A DNA stretch of 64,000 nucleotides from an uncultured Bacteroidales bacterium (GTDB taxonomy: Bacteria; Bacteroidota; Bacteroidia; Bacteroidales; FEN-979). Made by a program: the position numbers and the translations under genes. The stretch spans positions 277,991 through 341,990 of the forward strand of contig CAVYJI010000019.1 in the NCBI GenBank assembly GCA_963768805.1. Reading direction: 5' to 3'. Positions 48,601 to 57,243 of the stretch are shown piece by piece (within the stretch, counting starts at the first letter, position 1; each line of letters starts with the position of its first letter). The notes below the pieces were generated by a model that saw only the letters and a list, made by a program, of their open reading frames with translations, was not told where the DNA came from and made no database searches.

Positions 48601-49160
48601 TGAGTGCATTCCTTTATATTGACAATCTCTCAGGCATAACCGGGAAAATTCAGCTTCAGAATAAATCAGAAGGGGCCACCGGTTATTACTGGGACTTCGG
48701 GAATGGATTGACTTCGACAGAGGAAGACCCGATAGTCCAATACAAAGAGGATGGCAGTTATAGGATCATGCTGGTATCATCCAACAAATTTGGCTGCAAC
48801 GATTCCACCTTCTTAATGTATGAGATGCTTTTCAAGGGTTTATTTGTACCGAATGCCTTTGTTCCTGCAAGCGGCATCCAGGGCGTCAATGTGTTCAAGC
48901 CGGTAGGAGTCAACCTTCGTGAATATACGGTTGAGGTATTCGATCCCTGGGGAGAGCTGCTATGGAAATCCACCCTGTTAGACAGTGACGGCAGGCCAGT
49001 CGAGAGCTGGAACGGTCGCAAATCCAATGGTGATTATTATCAGTCGGGGACCTATGTATGGAAGATCAATGCAATCTTTAATGATGGAACTATATGGGAA
49101 GGATCAGACGTAGGGAAGGGAAGTGATAAGACGATAGGAACGGTAACGCTAATAAGATAG
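42447..49160 (+). CDS. Giant SprB-like T9SS adhesin, 3' segment (about 24 PKD domains plus a type-B C-terminal sorting domain)
   Basis: Repeated W.W.FGDG/FGDP...NP.H.Y...G.Y.V.L.V....GC.D PKD signature. C-terminal part is FVPNAFVP...FKP......Y.VEVFDPWGELLW...GTYVWKI. The biologically meaningful frame begins around 42492 (ALTDAHCTAEPG...). Confidence 0.88.
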   Translation: MCRSTRQIPAYIPSRALTDAHCTAEPGMMQGAPAVNVLPLPAVEYTWQNGPQNNEVQFHIDSSITDLGAIGYMVLWNFGDGTFGYGHNPIHFYPGSTTFNCTLTVTDTSGCKNSVTHEIFVAPIPIAFYSSNAPSCLGNIMCFTDLSTVISPPAAYIQTWIWNFGDGTPPDTIHFPDNPNVCHLYSSLGNYQVSLTIRDNLSVSDTYIHSQAVIPGPVASFSYSMNCKDQPVQFTDASSQNGGGDIISWNWNFGDPGSGIYNISNLKDPTHIFATGNDLFNVTLIIQNFNGCRDTIIRPVYILPKPPVEFTHDSACDGQVVHYTADSIITHIDSIVTWSWNFGDGSQPVTNPITATHTYAAPGTYITTLTVTDIHGCINSVSHGIKVNVLPIARFSWSSPACSNSPVHFMDNSIIPPEDTGYIAKWLWDFGDGTSQLVVLPSSPDVMHTFAGTSMTHTVRLTVWTGDSCSQFAEHNIISIPSPIADFEVPVITCQHQSIHFTNESYSNGGDGIVQWNWNFGDPSSGTGNYSSFTNPDHTYNNQGPYQVRLIIMNQSTCSDTVIKNVTVNPSPVADFTADTACLDSPTTFTNLSIANADSIISYSWDFGDGTIGSTVPSPVHTFTTSGTFNVKLSVINSNGCQEDTTKMVPVHSLPVASYYNSSPNCSGTAVHYYDQSTVAQGQGSIVTWDWDFGDGTTLTIVAPASPDVTHIFNGNALSHMVRLTVTTSDNCAGFTEHTVNSIPSPVADFGFPLINCASQPVLFSDQSYSNGGGPVITWQWNFGDPVSGNTNTSSVQNPSHLFTGPGSYDVTLIISNVTGCSDTIVKTVVINTQPVANFFADTACLHQPTQFTDISTPNAPGIMTYSWDFGDGSQLSNLQDPIHTYASYGVMNVKLTVINSNGCTQDTTKQVVVRPLPLAEFTIGTADCHGSPIQFTDHSSVVPGDLVSIVQWIWNFGDGTSPVIIQYPGNPNITHLFTGTGNAYSVTLTVTTSDGCSGSISHTVYLVASPVAEFIYPEGTCYQQPVQFTDISQSNGGSNIIQWLWTFGDPVSGTNNMSSLQNPAHLFTSPGTYTVAEIIFNTYNCSDTSVNEVTVIPAPVADFTADTACLGSQTTFTDLSSMNNGIISQYLWDFGDGTTSTLKNPVHTYQINAIFQVRLTVTTQDGCSNDITKAVPVIPRPVVAFSASSPTCLGSAVQFTDNSFAMYGSIRSWTWNFGDGVIVMIVQPASPNISHLYANSGTYNVTLTVTTSSSCVSMTENPVPVQPLPTANFVSSPNKCELSPIQFTDMSQNNGGSPITQWIWNFDDPGSGSADTSLIPDPDHSFSAGGTYNIRLTVASEEGCIDSIIKPITVNRRPIAQFSSDSACANSATQFTDQSIPNAPGITSWHWNFGDPASGTNNTSSLKNPSHIYSASGNYLVTLTVINSNLCENDTVIQVPVSATPVAMFTFTHSCAKTPTQFTDESTSTGSQVISWHWDFGDGIGTSNIQDPIYTYSIPKTYNVKLKVTNASGCTDSISIPVPSYPLPVAAFTYNSFFCPAGQVSFTNQSHGSGSEIAQQLWIFLPGSTSILPDPSYVFPVTDTTYQVTLIVTDERGCRDTTTKSVFVKPGSSFTFTYDTVCFGNPTYFHAQNTTPGDSLYSLQWNFGDPASGSNNTSSLYNPAHIFSSPGTFQVRLKAWDSDNCANDVYKTVIIHALPRPGYSFVSPPCDNLTHFTDLSVPGSGVITSWTWNFGDGSPLQTIVSPGPGNTTHAYDIPGAYRASLMVTNSFGCDDTVSRLVSKPACITASFSQAASGTCTNAPVVFTDNSQPISQISRWHWTFGDDSDTSYTSYSKYIMHTYAYSGTYHVQLQVTTSVSQQIFTDTASSTVSTSKAPQTQFSAASVCFNKATMFKDLSNSFGTEITTWKWTFGDPSSGNNNYSDLPDPSHKYLRAGPYGVSLVVTNRSGCKDSLTKLTKVYILPVARFDNMPACSNNPTRFSDRSIVADTAIEYWNWSFGISQSRKDTSQRKDPAYTYKEAGEYNVHLIVRDFNGCSDTTDSIITVNPSPVSAFLYIDNLSGITGKIQLQNKSEGATGYYWDFGNGLTSTEEDPIVQYKEDGSYRIMLVSSNKFGCNDSTFLMYEMLFKGLFVPNAFVPASGIQGVNVFKPVGVNLREYTVEVFDPWGELLWKSTLLDSDGRPVESWNGRKSNGDYYQSGTYVWKINAIFNDGTIWEGSDVGKGSDKTIGTVTLIR

Positions 49161-49179
49161 GAGGCTGGATGCCGGGTAT

Positions 49180-49980
49180 TCAAAATTTGTTACCCCGCAA
49201 TAAGATCCATCCACAATAATTGCCGCCACTTTTAATGGTGAGAACATAATAATAAGTTCCATCCGGCAAAGGACTGCCATCTTTCATTGTTCCTTTCCAG
49301 ACCTGGGAAATGTTATCGTAATGATCGAACCTGTTAACGATGTCTCCCCACCGGTTAAAGATAATGACTTTATTATCAGGAAAATTCTCTATGCAATCAA
49401 TGATCCATTTGTCGTTCAACCCATCCCCGTTAGGGGTTATTACGTTGTGAAAGACCAGGCAATCATTATTTATTTCAGGATTCAGGACCTTTATCCTCAC
49501 AGAATCAGTGCCCTTGCAACCATTAAGAAGGTCGGTGACCATGAGGATAAACAGGGTGTCATGAGTCAGTTTGACCGTTTCGGGGTCAAGCAAAGTGTCC
49601 TCGGTAAGAAGGGCAGATGGCTGCCAGAGCCAGGAATAGGTTCCTGAGCCGCCTGTTATGCTTCCATTCAATTTCGTAGTCGAATTATAAGGGATAGACT
49701 GGTCAGGCCCTGCATCAACAACTGGTGATCGCTGACTGATGAAATGAAATGGTAGAGATAAGGCACCGTCTCCGCAAGAGTTTATACCATATACGTAAAT
49801 ATCACCAGAGATGAATGAGGTATCGATTGAAACTGTAATACTGTTTGTTCCCAGTCCGTTAATGATTTTGAAAGCAGGAGGTAGCTGCCAGGAATAAGTC
49901 GTAGCAAAAGAAATAGTATCGACAGAAAAAGTTTCAGTTGCAGTAGCAGTGCAATGTTGTTGAGGACCGGTGATATTGCC
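49180..49980 (-). repeat. Dispersed repeat: 3' cassette shared with the adhesin gene at 27610-28410
   Basis: See 27610-28410. Same strand, offset 21,570 bp. Confidence 0.9.
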
Positions 49981-52900
49981 GGCAGGTCCCGGGAGCGCAT
50001 TGACCAGGATGGAAAAGATAGCAGGTTTCAAGGATTTGCAACCCTCAGGGGTGTTGTAATTGACAGTTACAGTCTGGGAGCCTGTCAGGGACCATGTGAT
50101 GGTGATGGTGTTGTCAGTCTCAGAGCCACCAGAAGTGATTGTGCCCCCTGCAGAAGCTGACCATATATAATTAGTCATTGCAGGCTGTGTAGAATAAATG
50201 TTATTGGTTGAGTCAAAACAAACAGGGGTAGGCCCTGTAATGGTAGGTAGTGGCAAAGGGTTAACGATAACATTATAAACTGTGGGATCAGGAGCAGAAC
50301 AACCATTTAAATCATGAAAATTTACACTTATGGTTTGTGTTCCTGCCATAGTCCAGGTAATAGTGATTGAATTATTGAAGGGAGATCCGCCTGAGGTGAT
50401 AATACCGCCACAAGAAACTGACCATAAATAATTAAACATTCCGGGCTGAGTAATGTAGATATTTTCAGAAGAATTGAGGCAAACGGGATTAGGGCCAGAA
50501 ATGACTGGTAATGGTAACGTGTTAACGTAGATGTTGAAAACGGCTGGATTAGCAGCTGTACAGCCATAGGGATCATGATAGTTGATGCCTACGGTTTGAG
50601 GGCCGGCAACTATCCAGGTGATAGTGACCGTGTTATCTGTGGCAGTACCACCAGATAGAATGGTACCGCCAGATGAGACTGACCATATATAGTTTGTCAT
50701 TCCTGTTTGTGTGATATACGTCTCAGTTGAATTGAGGCAGACGGGAGAAGGACCTGTAATTGTCGGGACAGGCAAAGCCTTAACTGTGACGTTGAAGATT
50801 GCAGGATTAGCTGCAGTACAGCCATTGGGATTATAATAGTTAACACTTACGTTTTGGGATCCCGATGCAGTCCAGGTGATGGTAATGGTACTATCTGTTG
50901 CAGAGCCACCGGCTGTAATGGTACCTCCTGAAGAGACAGACCAAATGTAGTCACTCATTCCTGCTTGCGTCGAATATACATTATTAGTAGAATTAATGCA
51001 GATAGGAGTAGGTCCTGTTATTGCCGGCTGAGGTGACGGGTTGACAGTAACGCTATAGATTGCAGGGTAGGTAGCTGTACAGCCATAGGAATTATAATAA
51101 TTGACACTTACTGTTTGAGCTCCTGAGACAGTCCAGGTGATAGTGACTGCGTTATCTGTTGCGGTGCCACCGGATGTGATGACACCTCCAGAAGAGACAG
51201 ACCAAATATAGCTGGTCATACCAGGCTGAGTGGAATATGTATTTCCAGAGGAGTTGAGGCAGACAGGAGAAGGACCTGTAATTGTTGGGACAGGTAAAGC
51301 ATTAACTGTGACGTTGAAGATTGCAGGATTAGCAGCAGTACAGCCATTGGGATCATGGTAGTTGACACTCACGGTCTGGGCTCCAATGGCAGTCCATGAA
51401 ATGGTAACAGTATTATCTGTGGCAGTACCACCAAATATAATAGTACCGCCAGATGAGACTGACCAAAAATAGTTTGTCATTCCTGTTTGTGTAATATATG
51501 TATCAGTTGAATTGAGGCAGACAGGAGAAGGACCTGTAATTGTCGGGACAGGTAAAGCATTAACTGTGACGTTGAAGATTGCAGGATTAGCAGCAGTGCA
51601 GCCATTGGGATTATGGTAATTAACACTCACAGTCTGGGCACCTGTGGTAGTCCATGAAATGGTAACAGTATTATCTGTGGCAGTTCCACCAAATATAATG
51701 GTACCGCCAGATGATACTGACCAAATATAGTTTGTCATTCCTGTTTGTGTGATATATGTCTCAGGTGAATTGAGGCAGACAGGAGAAGGACCTGTAATTG
51801 TTGGGACGGGTAAAGCATTAACTGTGACGTTGAAGATTGCGGGATTAGCAGCAGTACAGCCATGAGGGTCATGGTAGTTAACACTTACGGTCTGGGCACC
51901 AATGGCAGTCCATGAGATGGTAACAGTATTATCTGTGGCAGTACCACCAGATATAATATTACCGCCAGATGAGACTGACCAAATATAGTTTGTCATTCCT
52001 GTTTGTGTGATATATGTCTCAGTTGAATTGAGGCAGACAGGAGAAGGACCTGTAATTGTTGGGACGGGTAATGCATTAACTATGACGTTGAAGATTGCAG
52101 GATTAGCAGCAGGACAGCCATTGGGATCATGGTAGTTAACACTCACGGTCTGGGCACCAATGGCAATCCATGAGATGGTGACTGTATTATCTGTTGCAGT
52201 GCCACCGGATGTGATAACACCTCCTGAAGAGACAGACCAGGTATAGTTATTCATTCCAGGCTGAGTTGTATATGTGTTATTGTTTGAATTAAGACAGACA
52301 GGTGAGGGCCCACTGATAGTTGGTACCGGACTTGGGTTCACGGTCACGAAAAAAGATGGTGAATATAATCCATGGCAGCTGGCGTTGAATGCATATACTG
52401 AAAATGATCCTGATACGGCAGTCGCAGTAAATGTTACTTTAATGGTGGTTGTGTTGTTCCCTGAAGTGATAATTACGCCAGGTGGCACACTCCAGAAATA
52501 GCCTGTAGCTCCGGGTACCTGACTTACCGAATATATCTGTCCGGTATCTCCCCGGCATACAGGAGTTGGACCGGTTATGACTCCGGGAGACATCAGGCAG
52601 ACACATTCATAATTAGCTATTAAGTCAGGTAATCCAAGTCCATAGGTATTGGCAATAGGCACAGACCAGGAACTCCAGCCACAGGCACTTCCAAGACTTT
52701 CAGGATTATTTATTACCGAAAGATATGATATGCCGCTCTCCTCAGCACAATAAATTTTATCAGTCGGCCCCAGATCTAACCCATTATACTTGTAACGCGT
52801 ATTGTACTGATTGGATCCGGATGTTACAACAAAGGGATTTGATAAACTTCCATTACTTATGTCCCACTGATATAATTTCCTGATCGTGGATCCCGATGAG

Positions 52901-53817
52901 GCAAATCCTTCAGAGGTGTAGAGTACATTCCCGTTAGCAGAAAATTCGCAGCCATACAAATTCCCATATGATGGATTGACATCAGTGGTTGCAATCGGAG
53001 TGATGGTGCCTGTTGACAGATTAAAATTAAACAGATCGATGGTCTTCGAACCAGCAAGAACAAGTGCAAGTTTTTGTCCATTTTTAGTGAATTTCATTTG
53101 ACCCTGGGCATTATAGTCGGGTGGATATTGATCATTATGATTAGACCCGACAGATTGAGTTTGTTGAACCTGGTTCAGGACGTTCCAGGCCTGTGCTGTG
53201 GTTGTCACTGCGCTAAATTCAGTTGCTGTGATATGATATTTATAGAATGTAGTGGCATTCCCGAAGCCGGCAAAATAATCATGGGCGAGGATCCAATACC
53301 CGCCAGTAGTATCTGAAATGCCGGCCAGTTTTTCTGCGAATATTATAACTCCTGGTGGTTGTATGACAGACATTGCAGGTTGGCTGACATTTACAATATA
53401 ATTTGGAGGTTGTCCTGTAACACTAACCAATGCAACACCAAGGTCATGGTTACCAGATTCTTCAATCCCTTTGGTTGTAAATATCAGGAACTTCTGACAG
53501 TTTGAGCCTGGAATTGGAACTGCAAGAGCTGCCTGGGTCGATGATTGACCTCCAAGCAAATTAGTGCAAACCGGAGTGGGAGAGCTGTTATTCCATAAAC
53601 TGACACCGTCCGAGTAAAACATAATGATACCGGCGGTGTCATAAACTTCCGTGCTTCCTTCACCAGCATTCATATAAGAACCGAATGCAGGAACTGTTGA
53701 TCCATCAGGGTTGAACTTTATGCCAGCCTGGTACCCAAAATACCATGTTAAACTTGTCTGACCAAAAAGTTGACCGGCAAAAATCATTATAGATAATATC
53801 GTAAAGAATCTTTTCAT
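49180..53817 (-). CDS. Large T9SS-secreted adhesin-like protein (N-terminal ~400-aa domain, 9 tandem Ig-like modules, type-B C-terminal sorting domain)
   Basis: Signal peptide MKRFFTILSIMIFAGQLFGQ. It has 9 x 86/87-aa repeats (PVPTITGPSPVCLNS...NVTVNAL). Its C-terminal 266 aa are paralogous to those of the 27610 gene. Confidence 0.9.
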   Translation of the reverse strand: MKRFFTILSIMIFAGQLFGQTSLTWYFGYQAGIKFNPDGSTVPAFGSYMNAGEGSTEVYDTAGIIMFYSDGVSLWNNSSPTPVCTNLLGGQSSTQAALAVPIPGSNCQKFLIFTTKGIEESGNHDLGVALVSVTGQPPNYIVNVSQPAMSVIQPPGVIIFAEKLAGISDTTGGYWILAHDYFAGFGNATTFYKYHITATEFSAVTTTAQAWNVLNQVQQTQSVGSNHNDQYPPDYNAQGQMKFTKNGQKLALVLAGSKTIDLFNFNLSTGTITPIATTDVNPSYGNLYGCEFSANGNVLYTSEGFASSGSTIRKLYQWDISNGSLSNPFVVTSGSNQYNTRYKYNGLDLGPTDKIYCAEESGISYLSVINNPESLGSACGWSSWSVPIANTYGLGLPDLIANYECVCLMSPGVITGPTPVCRGDTGQIYSVSQVPGATGYFWSVPPGVIITSGNNTTTIKVTFTATAVSGSFSVYAFNASCHGLYSPSFFVTVNPSPVPTISGPSPVCLNSNNNTYTTQPGMNNYTWSVSSGGVITSGGTATDNTVTISWIAIGAQTVSVNYHDPNGCPAANPAIFNVIVNALPVPTITGPSPVCLNSTETYITQTGMTNYIWSVSSGGNIISGGTATDNTVTISWTAIGAQTVSVNYHDPHGCTAANPAIFNVTVNALPVPTITGPSPVCLNSPETYITQTGMTNYIWSVSSGGTIIFGGTATDNTVTISWTTTGAQTVSVNYHNPNGCTAANPAIFNVTVNALPVPTITGPSPVCLNSTDTYITQTGMTNYFWSVSSGGTIIFGGTATDNTVTISWTAIGAQTVSVNYHDPNGCTAANPAIFNVTVNALPVPTITGPSPVCLNSSGNTYSTQPGMTSYIWSVSSGGVITSGGTATDNAVTITWTVSGAQTVSVNYYNSYGCTATYPAIYSVTVNPSPQPAITGPTPICINSTNNVYSTQAGMSDYIWSVSSGGTITAGGSATDSTITITWTASGSQNVSVNYYNPNGCTAANPAIFNVTVKALPVPTITGPSPVCLNSTETYITQTGMTNYIWSVSSGGTILSGGTATDNTVTITWIVAGPQTVGINYHDPYGCTAANPAVFNIYVNTLPLPVISGPNPVCLNSSENIYITQPGMFNYLWSVSCGGIITSGGSPFNNSITITWTMAGTQTISVNFHDLNGCSAPDPTVYNVIVNPLPLPTITGPTPVCFDSTNNIYSTQPAMTNYIWSASAGGTITSGGSETDNTITITWSLTGSQTVTVNYNTPEGCKSLKPAIFSILVNALPGPAGNITGPQQHCTATATETFSVDTISFATTYSWQLPPAFKIINGLGTNSITVSIDTSFISGDIYVYGINSCGDGALSLPFHFISQRSPVVDAGPDQSIPYNSTTKLNGSITGGSGTYSWLWQPSALLTEDTLLDPETVKLTHDTLFILMVTDLLNGCKGTDSVRIKVLNPEINNDCLVFHNVITPNGDGLNDKWIIDCIENFPDNKVIIFNRWGDIVNRFDHYDNISQVWKGTMKDGSPLPDGTYYYVLTIKSGGNYCGWILLRGNKF
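49993..52329 (-). repeat. In-frame tandem array: 9 x 258/261 bp
   Basis: Computed from protein residues 497-1275. Units 2, 3, 4 and 7 are almost identical at DNA level (e.g. GAAGGACCTGTAATTGT[CT]GGGAC[AG]GG recurs about every 258 bp). Confidence 0.9.
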
Positions 53818-53888
53818 GTTATTAATTCTTTACTAATAACAGAATACTGCTTGCCTTGAGAATTAATAATGCCTCTCAATCATTTGAA

Positions 53889-54659
53889 TCATTTTGCAGA
53901 AAAACCACCGTCAACTACCAGGTTACTACCGGTTATCCATTTGGATGCATCAGAAAGCAAGTACCGGCAGGCATAGGCAACATCTTCAACGCTGCCGAAC
54001 CCAAGGGGATGAGCATCGAGGATCTTTTGTTTTGATTCGGCAGGTATAGTATCAAAGAGGGTATTTGTCATCTCGGTTTTGACGATTGCCGGCAAGATAG
54101 CATTTACCCTGATCTTTTTTTGTGCAAGTTCCAAAGCTATCGACTTTACGCTTGCAGAAACGGCTCCTTTTGTTGCGCTGTATGCAACCCTTCCTTCCTG
54201 ACCGCAATTCGCAACAATTGATGAGATAAACACAAAACTTGCACCATAAATGGGATCTATGAACTTCTTCTTTGATAATATCCTTGCCAGCTCAAAGCCA
54301 GCGACGACGTTCACGGAAAAAAGTTTTTCATAGTGTTCCGGTCTGACCATTCCAAATGGAACAACCATATCCAGCCCTGCGGCATGAACAAAGCCATCAA
54401 TCTTTCCAGCCTGACCAGACCAATTCGTTATCAAAGGTTCCAGCAGCGAATAATCCGTAATATCAATTGAGGAAAACGTATGACTTCCCGGTTTTAGCAA
54501 GTCATAGGTAGCCTTCAACCTGTTAACATCCCTGCCGATGAGAAGCAGGCTGGCGCCTGCCTGAGAGCATTCGATAGCAACAGCTTTTCCAATTCCGGAA
54601 GAGGCACCGGTAATAACGATTTTCTTTTCATTAAGTAAAAATGGATCACTCTTTTCCAT
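53889..54659 (-). CDS. SDR-family oxidoreductase (FabG-like 3-oxoacyl-ACP reductase)
   Basis: TGASSGIGKA cofactor motif, catalytic YSATKGAV (YxxxK), and a C-terminal ITGSNLVVDGG. Confidence 0.88.
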   Translation of the reverse strand: MEKSDPFLLNEKKIVITGASSGIGKAVAIECSQAGASLLLIGRDVNRLKATYDLLKPGSHTFSSIDITDYSLLEPLITNWSGQAGKIDGFVHAAGLDMVVPFGMVRPEHYEKLFSVNVVAGFELARILSKKKFIDPIYGASFVFISSIVANCGQEGRVAYSATKGAVSASVKSIALELAQKKIRVNAILPAIVKTEMTNTLFDTIPAESKQKILDAHPLGFGSVEDVAYACRYLLSDASKWITGSNLVVDGGFSAK

Positions 54660-54668
54660 GTAAAAAAT

Positions 54669-54905
54669 TTAAGCATCAAAGTTTCCCATGCCAATAAGTT
54701 CCATAAGACTTCTTACAGTCGTTATCGTACTTAATTGTTTTGCTGTGAATTTTTTTGAAAAATGTTCATCTGCAAACGCAATTAAGGTCATGATTGACAT
54801 TGAGTCAAATGTATCAAGTGACCTGAAATTAGTGTCAATGTTGATTGTGCCTTGCTCCATTTCCAGTGCTTCTGCAAGTTTTGCTATAAATTCCCCTATT
54901 TCCAT
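54669..54905 (-). CDS. Acyl carrier protein
   Basis: 78 aa four-helix pattern with the phosphopantetheine site LDTFDSMSIMTL (DS motif). Confidence 0.8.
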   Translation of the reverse strand: MEIGEFIAKLAEALEMEQGTINIDTNFRSLDTFDSMSIMTLIAFADEHFSKKFTAKQLSTITTVRSLMELIGMGNFDA

Positions 54906-54937
54906 TTAATATTATTATTGTTTGATTTTCAGATAAT

Positions 54938-55921
54938 TCAGACCTCAATAATGACAGCTCCCCATGAATATCCAACGCCAAACCCTGCCAGCAAAATTTT
55001 ATTTCCCTTCCTTACCAATCCATTCTCAATCGAATCCTTTAAAGCAATAGGAATTGTGGAAGATACTGTATTCCCTGTAAGAAGCATATTGTTATAAAAC
55101 TTCTCAGGCTGTATTTTAATCTTTTTTCTTAAGTAATCAAGCATATATTTGTTTGCCTGATGGAAGATAAAATAATCAATCATATCAAGAGTCATCTTAT
55201 TTTTCTTCAGCACATTCTCAACAAGAGCGGGTATGCTTTCTATCGTAAAATTAAATATCTCAGGACCGTTCATATACAGATGCTCCGGTGAATAAAAATT
55301 GCCATTTTCATCGACACCTTCTTCGATATTTTTATCATGAGGGTTACGCATGGCACCATTATGAACAATTAAATTGTCTTTACCTGCACCATCTGTTCCA
55401 AGCTCAAATTCCAGGATCTTCGGGAGATCAGATTTATTAAGGATCGTAGCTGTTGCGCCATCACCGAAAATACTTCTATTTGCCCTGTCCTTTTCATGAA
55501 TATGCTTTGAATAGGTTTCAGAAGTAATCAGCAGAATATTTTCCGCAATGTTTGTTGCAAGAAGTCCTTTAGCCAAAGCCAATCCATAAATATACCCCGA
55601 ACAACCCAGGTTAAAATCAAGGGCACCGATATTTTTATTCAAGTCAAGTTTTTCCTGTAAAATACATGCACCGGTAGGAAGGAAATAATCAGGACTCTGG
55701 GTACACAGTAAAATAAAGTCGATCTTATGACGGTCATATTGTTGTAAGGCCCGCCGTGATGCTTCAAAAGCAAGATCAAGTGCGGTTTCGTTCACAGAAA
55801 CAACATGTCTTTCACGTATTCCAACTTTAGCTTCAATCTTTGAAGAAGTCCAATCAGGAAAATCCTTTTCAAGATCTTCATTTGAATAAATTTTTTCAGG
55901 AAGATATTCTGATATAATCAT
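54938..55921 (-). CDS. 3-oxoacyl-ACP synthase III (FabH-like KAS III)
   Basis: Active-site region LGCSGYIYGL (Cys), FHQAN (His), GNTVSSTIP (Asn) and a C-terminal GFGVGYSWG. Confidence 0.9.
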   Translation of the reverse strand: MIISEYLPEKIYSNEDLEKDFPDWTSSKIEAKVGIRERHVVSVNETALDLAFEASRRALQQYDRHKIDFILLCTQSPDYFLPTGACILQEKLDLNKNIGALDFNLGCSGYIYGLALAKGLLATNIAENILLITSETYSKHIHEKDRANRSIFGDGATATILNKSDLPKILEFELGTDGAGKDNLIVHNGAMRNPHDKNIEEGVDENGNFYSPEHLYMNGPEIFNFTIESIPALVENVLKKNKMTLDMIDYFIFHQANKYMLDYLRKKIKIQPEKFYNNMLLTGNTVSSTIPIALKDSIENGLVRKGNKILLAGFGVGYSWGAVIIEV

Positions 55922-56223
55922 ATCTGATCTATAAAACGTTCGTGTTGTTCAATATTAACTGAATCGTAAAGTTAAATATTTTCTTCTGACAGGATAAAAT
56001 TTTTTCCATCTTTACAGATGCATTGTCAAAGATTTATACCTTTGAGGATCAATGAAGATTTTGTTCTGATATGATTTTCCATTCCAAAATGAAGTACCTG
56101 ATTTACTAGTTTATGGCATCACAAAAGCAGATTCTTTAGCAATTATGATAATACCATGCCTGTGACAGGTGGCTGCCATCAATGATATTAGGTCTTGAAG
56201 TTGAATTAATACGTTAACATTAT

Positions 56224-57243
56224 ATGAGCTCTTTTACAAAGTTGATTGCACGAAAAGTTGTATTTCCAACTTTTTATTACACAAATATTGCGAGTTTTCT
56301 TTCAAAATCAGCCCCTTACAGACGAATGATATTGTACTATCACGGGGTTTCAAATGTCCCTGCCCAACGATACAGCGGACGACCGTTCTCGTCTGCCATT
56401 TTTGAGAAGCACCTGCAATACATCTCTAAAAATTTTAGTGTTGTCCCGCTTACTGACATGTTTAATAACTACCGTGAAGGCATTGTGCCGAAACGACCGA
56501 CTATTGCAATTACCTTCGATGACGGATATGAAAATAATTACAATGTTGCGTATCCTTTACTAAAGAAGTACGGGGTACCAGCGACTTTCTTCGTTTCGGC
56601 ATTCTCTTTTGATCATCCTGATGCCGCTCTCTGGAATGATTTGATACATTTTGCTTACCAGGCAGCGACAAACGATATTATTACAGACCATTACCGGTTT
56701 AAGAAAGATTATAAACATGATTTCTATGACTCTGAAAAGAGCCTTTCTATCCAAATGTTTATCAAAAATTTAAAATTCAATGAAAGGAACGACTTTCTGG
56801 AGAAGATAAAGCAAGAGTTCAATTTAGATGAAGTTTTAAAAAACACTGACCCTTCCGAGTGGAGGCTGATGAATAAAGAACAAGTTAAGGAGCTATCGGG
56901 ATCAGGACTTATCGAGATTGGTTCGCATGGATATTCTCATGTTAACCTGGCAAATATAGAGGAGGATTTCGCGGAGAAGGAAATTATAGAATCGAAGAAC
57001 CTGATCGAGGAAACAATTGCCAGACCAGTAATCTCTTTTTCTTTTCCTGACGGGAATTATAATGAGAAAATTAAAGAGATTTGTATACGGGCCGGTTATC
57101 AGAATCTGGTGGCCGTAACATATAATAATTCAGAAGATATCAATGATAAATCCATTCTTATTCGCTACGGAGTAAGTCCAACCACAACCTATTATTCAAA
57201 TATATTTTATATTCATAAATCATTTAGATCAAAAGGATTCTGA
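56224..57243 (+). CDS. Polysaccharide deacetylase family protein (CE4/NodB-like)
   Basis: AITFDDGYENNY (TFDD metal/catalytic motif), GVPATFFV and IGSHGYSH. Confidence 0.85.
   Translation: MSSFTKLIARKVVFPTFYYTNIASFLSKSAPYRRMILYYHGVSNVPAQRYSGRPFSSAIFEKHLQYISKNFSVVPLTDMFNNYREGIVPKRPTIAITFDDGYENNYNVAYPLLKKYGVPATFFVSAFSFDHPDAALWNDLIHFAYQAATNDIITDHYRFKKDYKHDFYDSEKSLSIQMFIKNLKFNERNDFLEKIKQEFNLDEVLKNTDPSEWRLMNKEQVKELSGSGLIEIGSHGYSHVNLANIEEDFAEKEIIESKNLIEETIARPVISFSFPDGNYNEKIKEICIRAGYQNLVAVTYNNSEDINDKSILIRYGVSPTTTYYSNIFYIHKSFRSKGF

Noticed and set aside
49993-52329. Regularly spaced near-identical repeats, considered as a possible CRISPR-like array
   Set aside because: The units are contiguous (no spacers), 258-261 bp long, in frame, and encode an Ig-like protein module. 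No cas genes are present in the window.
37583-53817. Diversity-generating retroelement or shufflon acting on the repeat adhesins
   Set aside because: The window has no reverse transcriptase, no template/variable repeat pair with A-specific mismatches, and no invertase gene.
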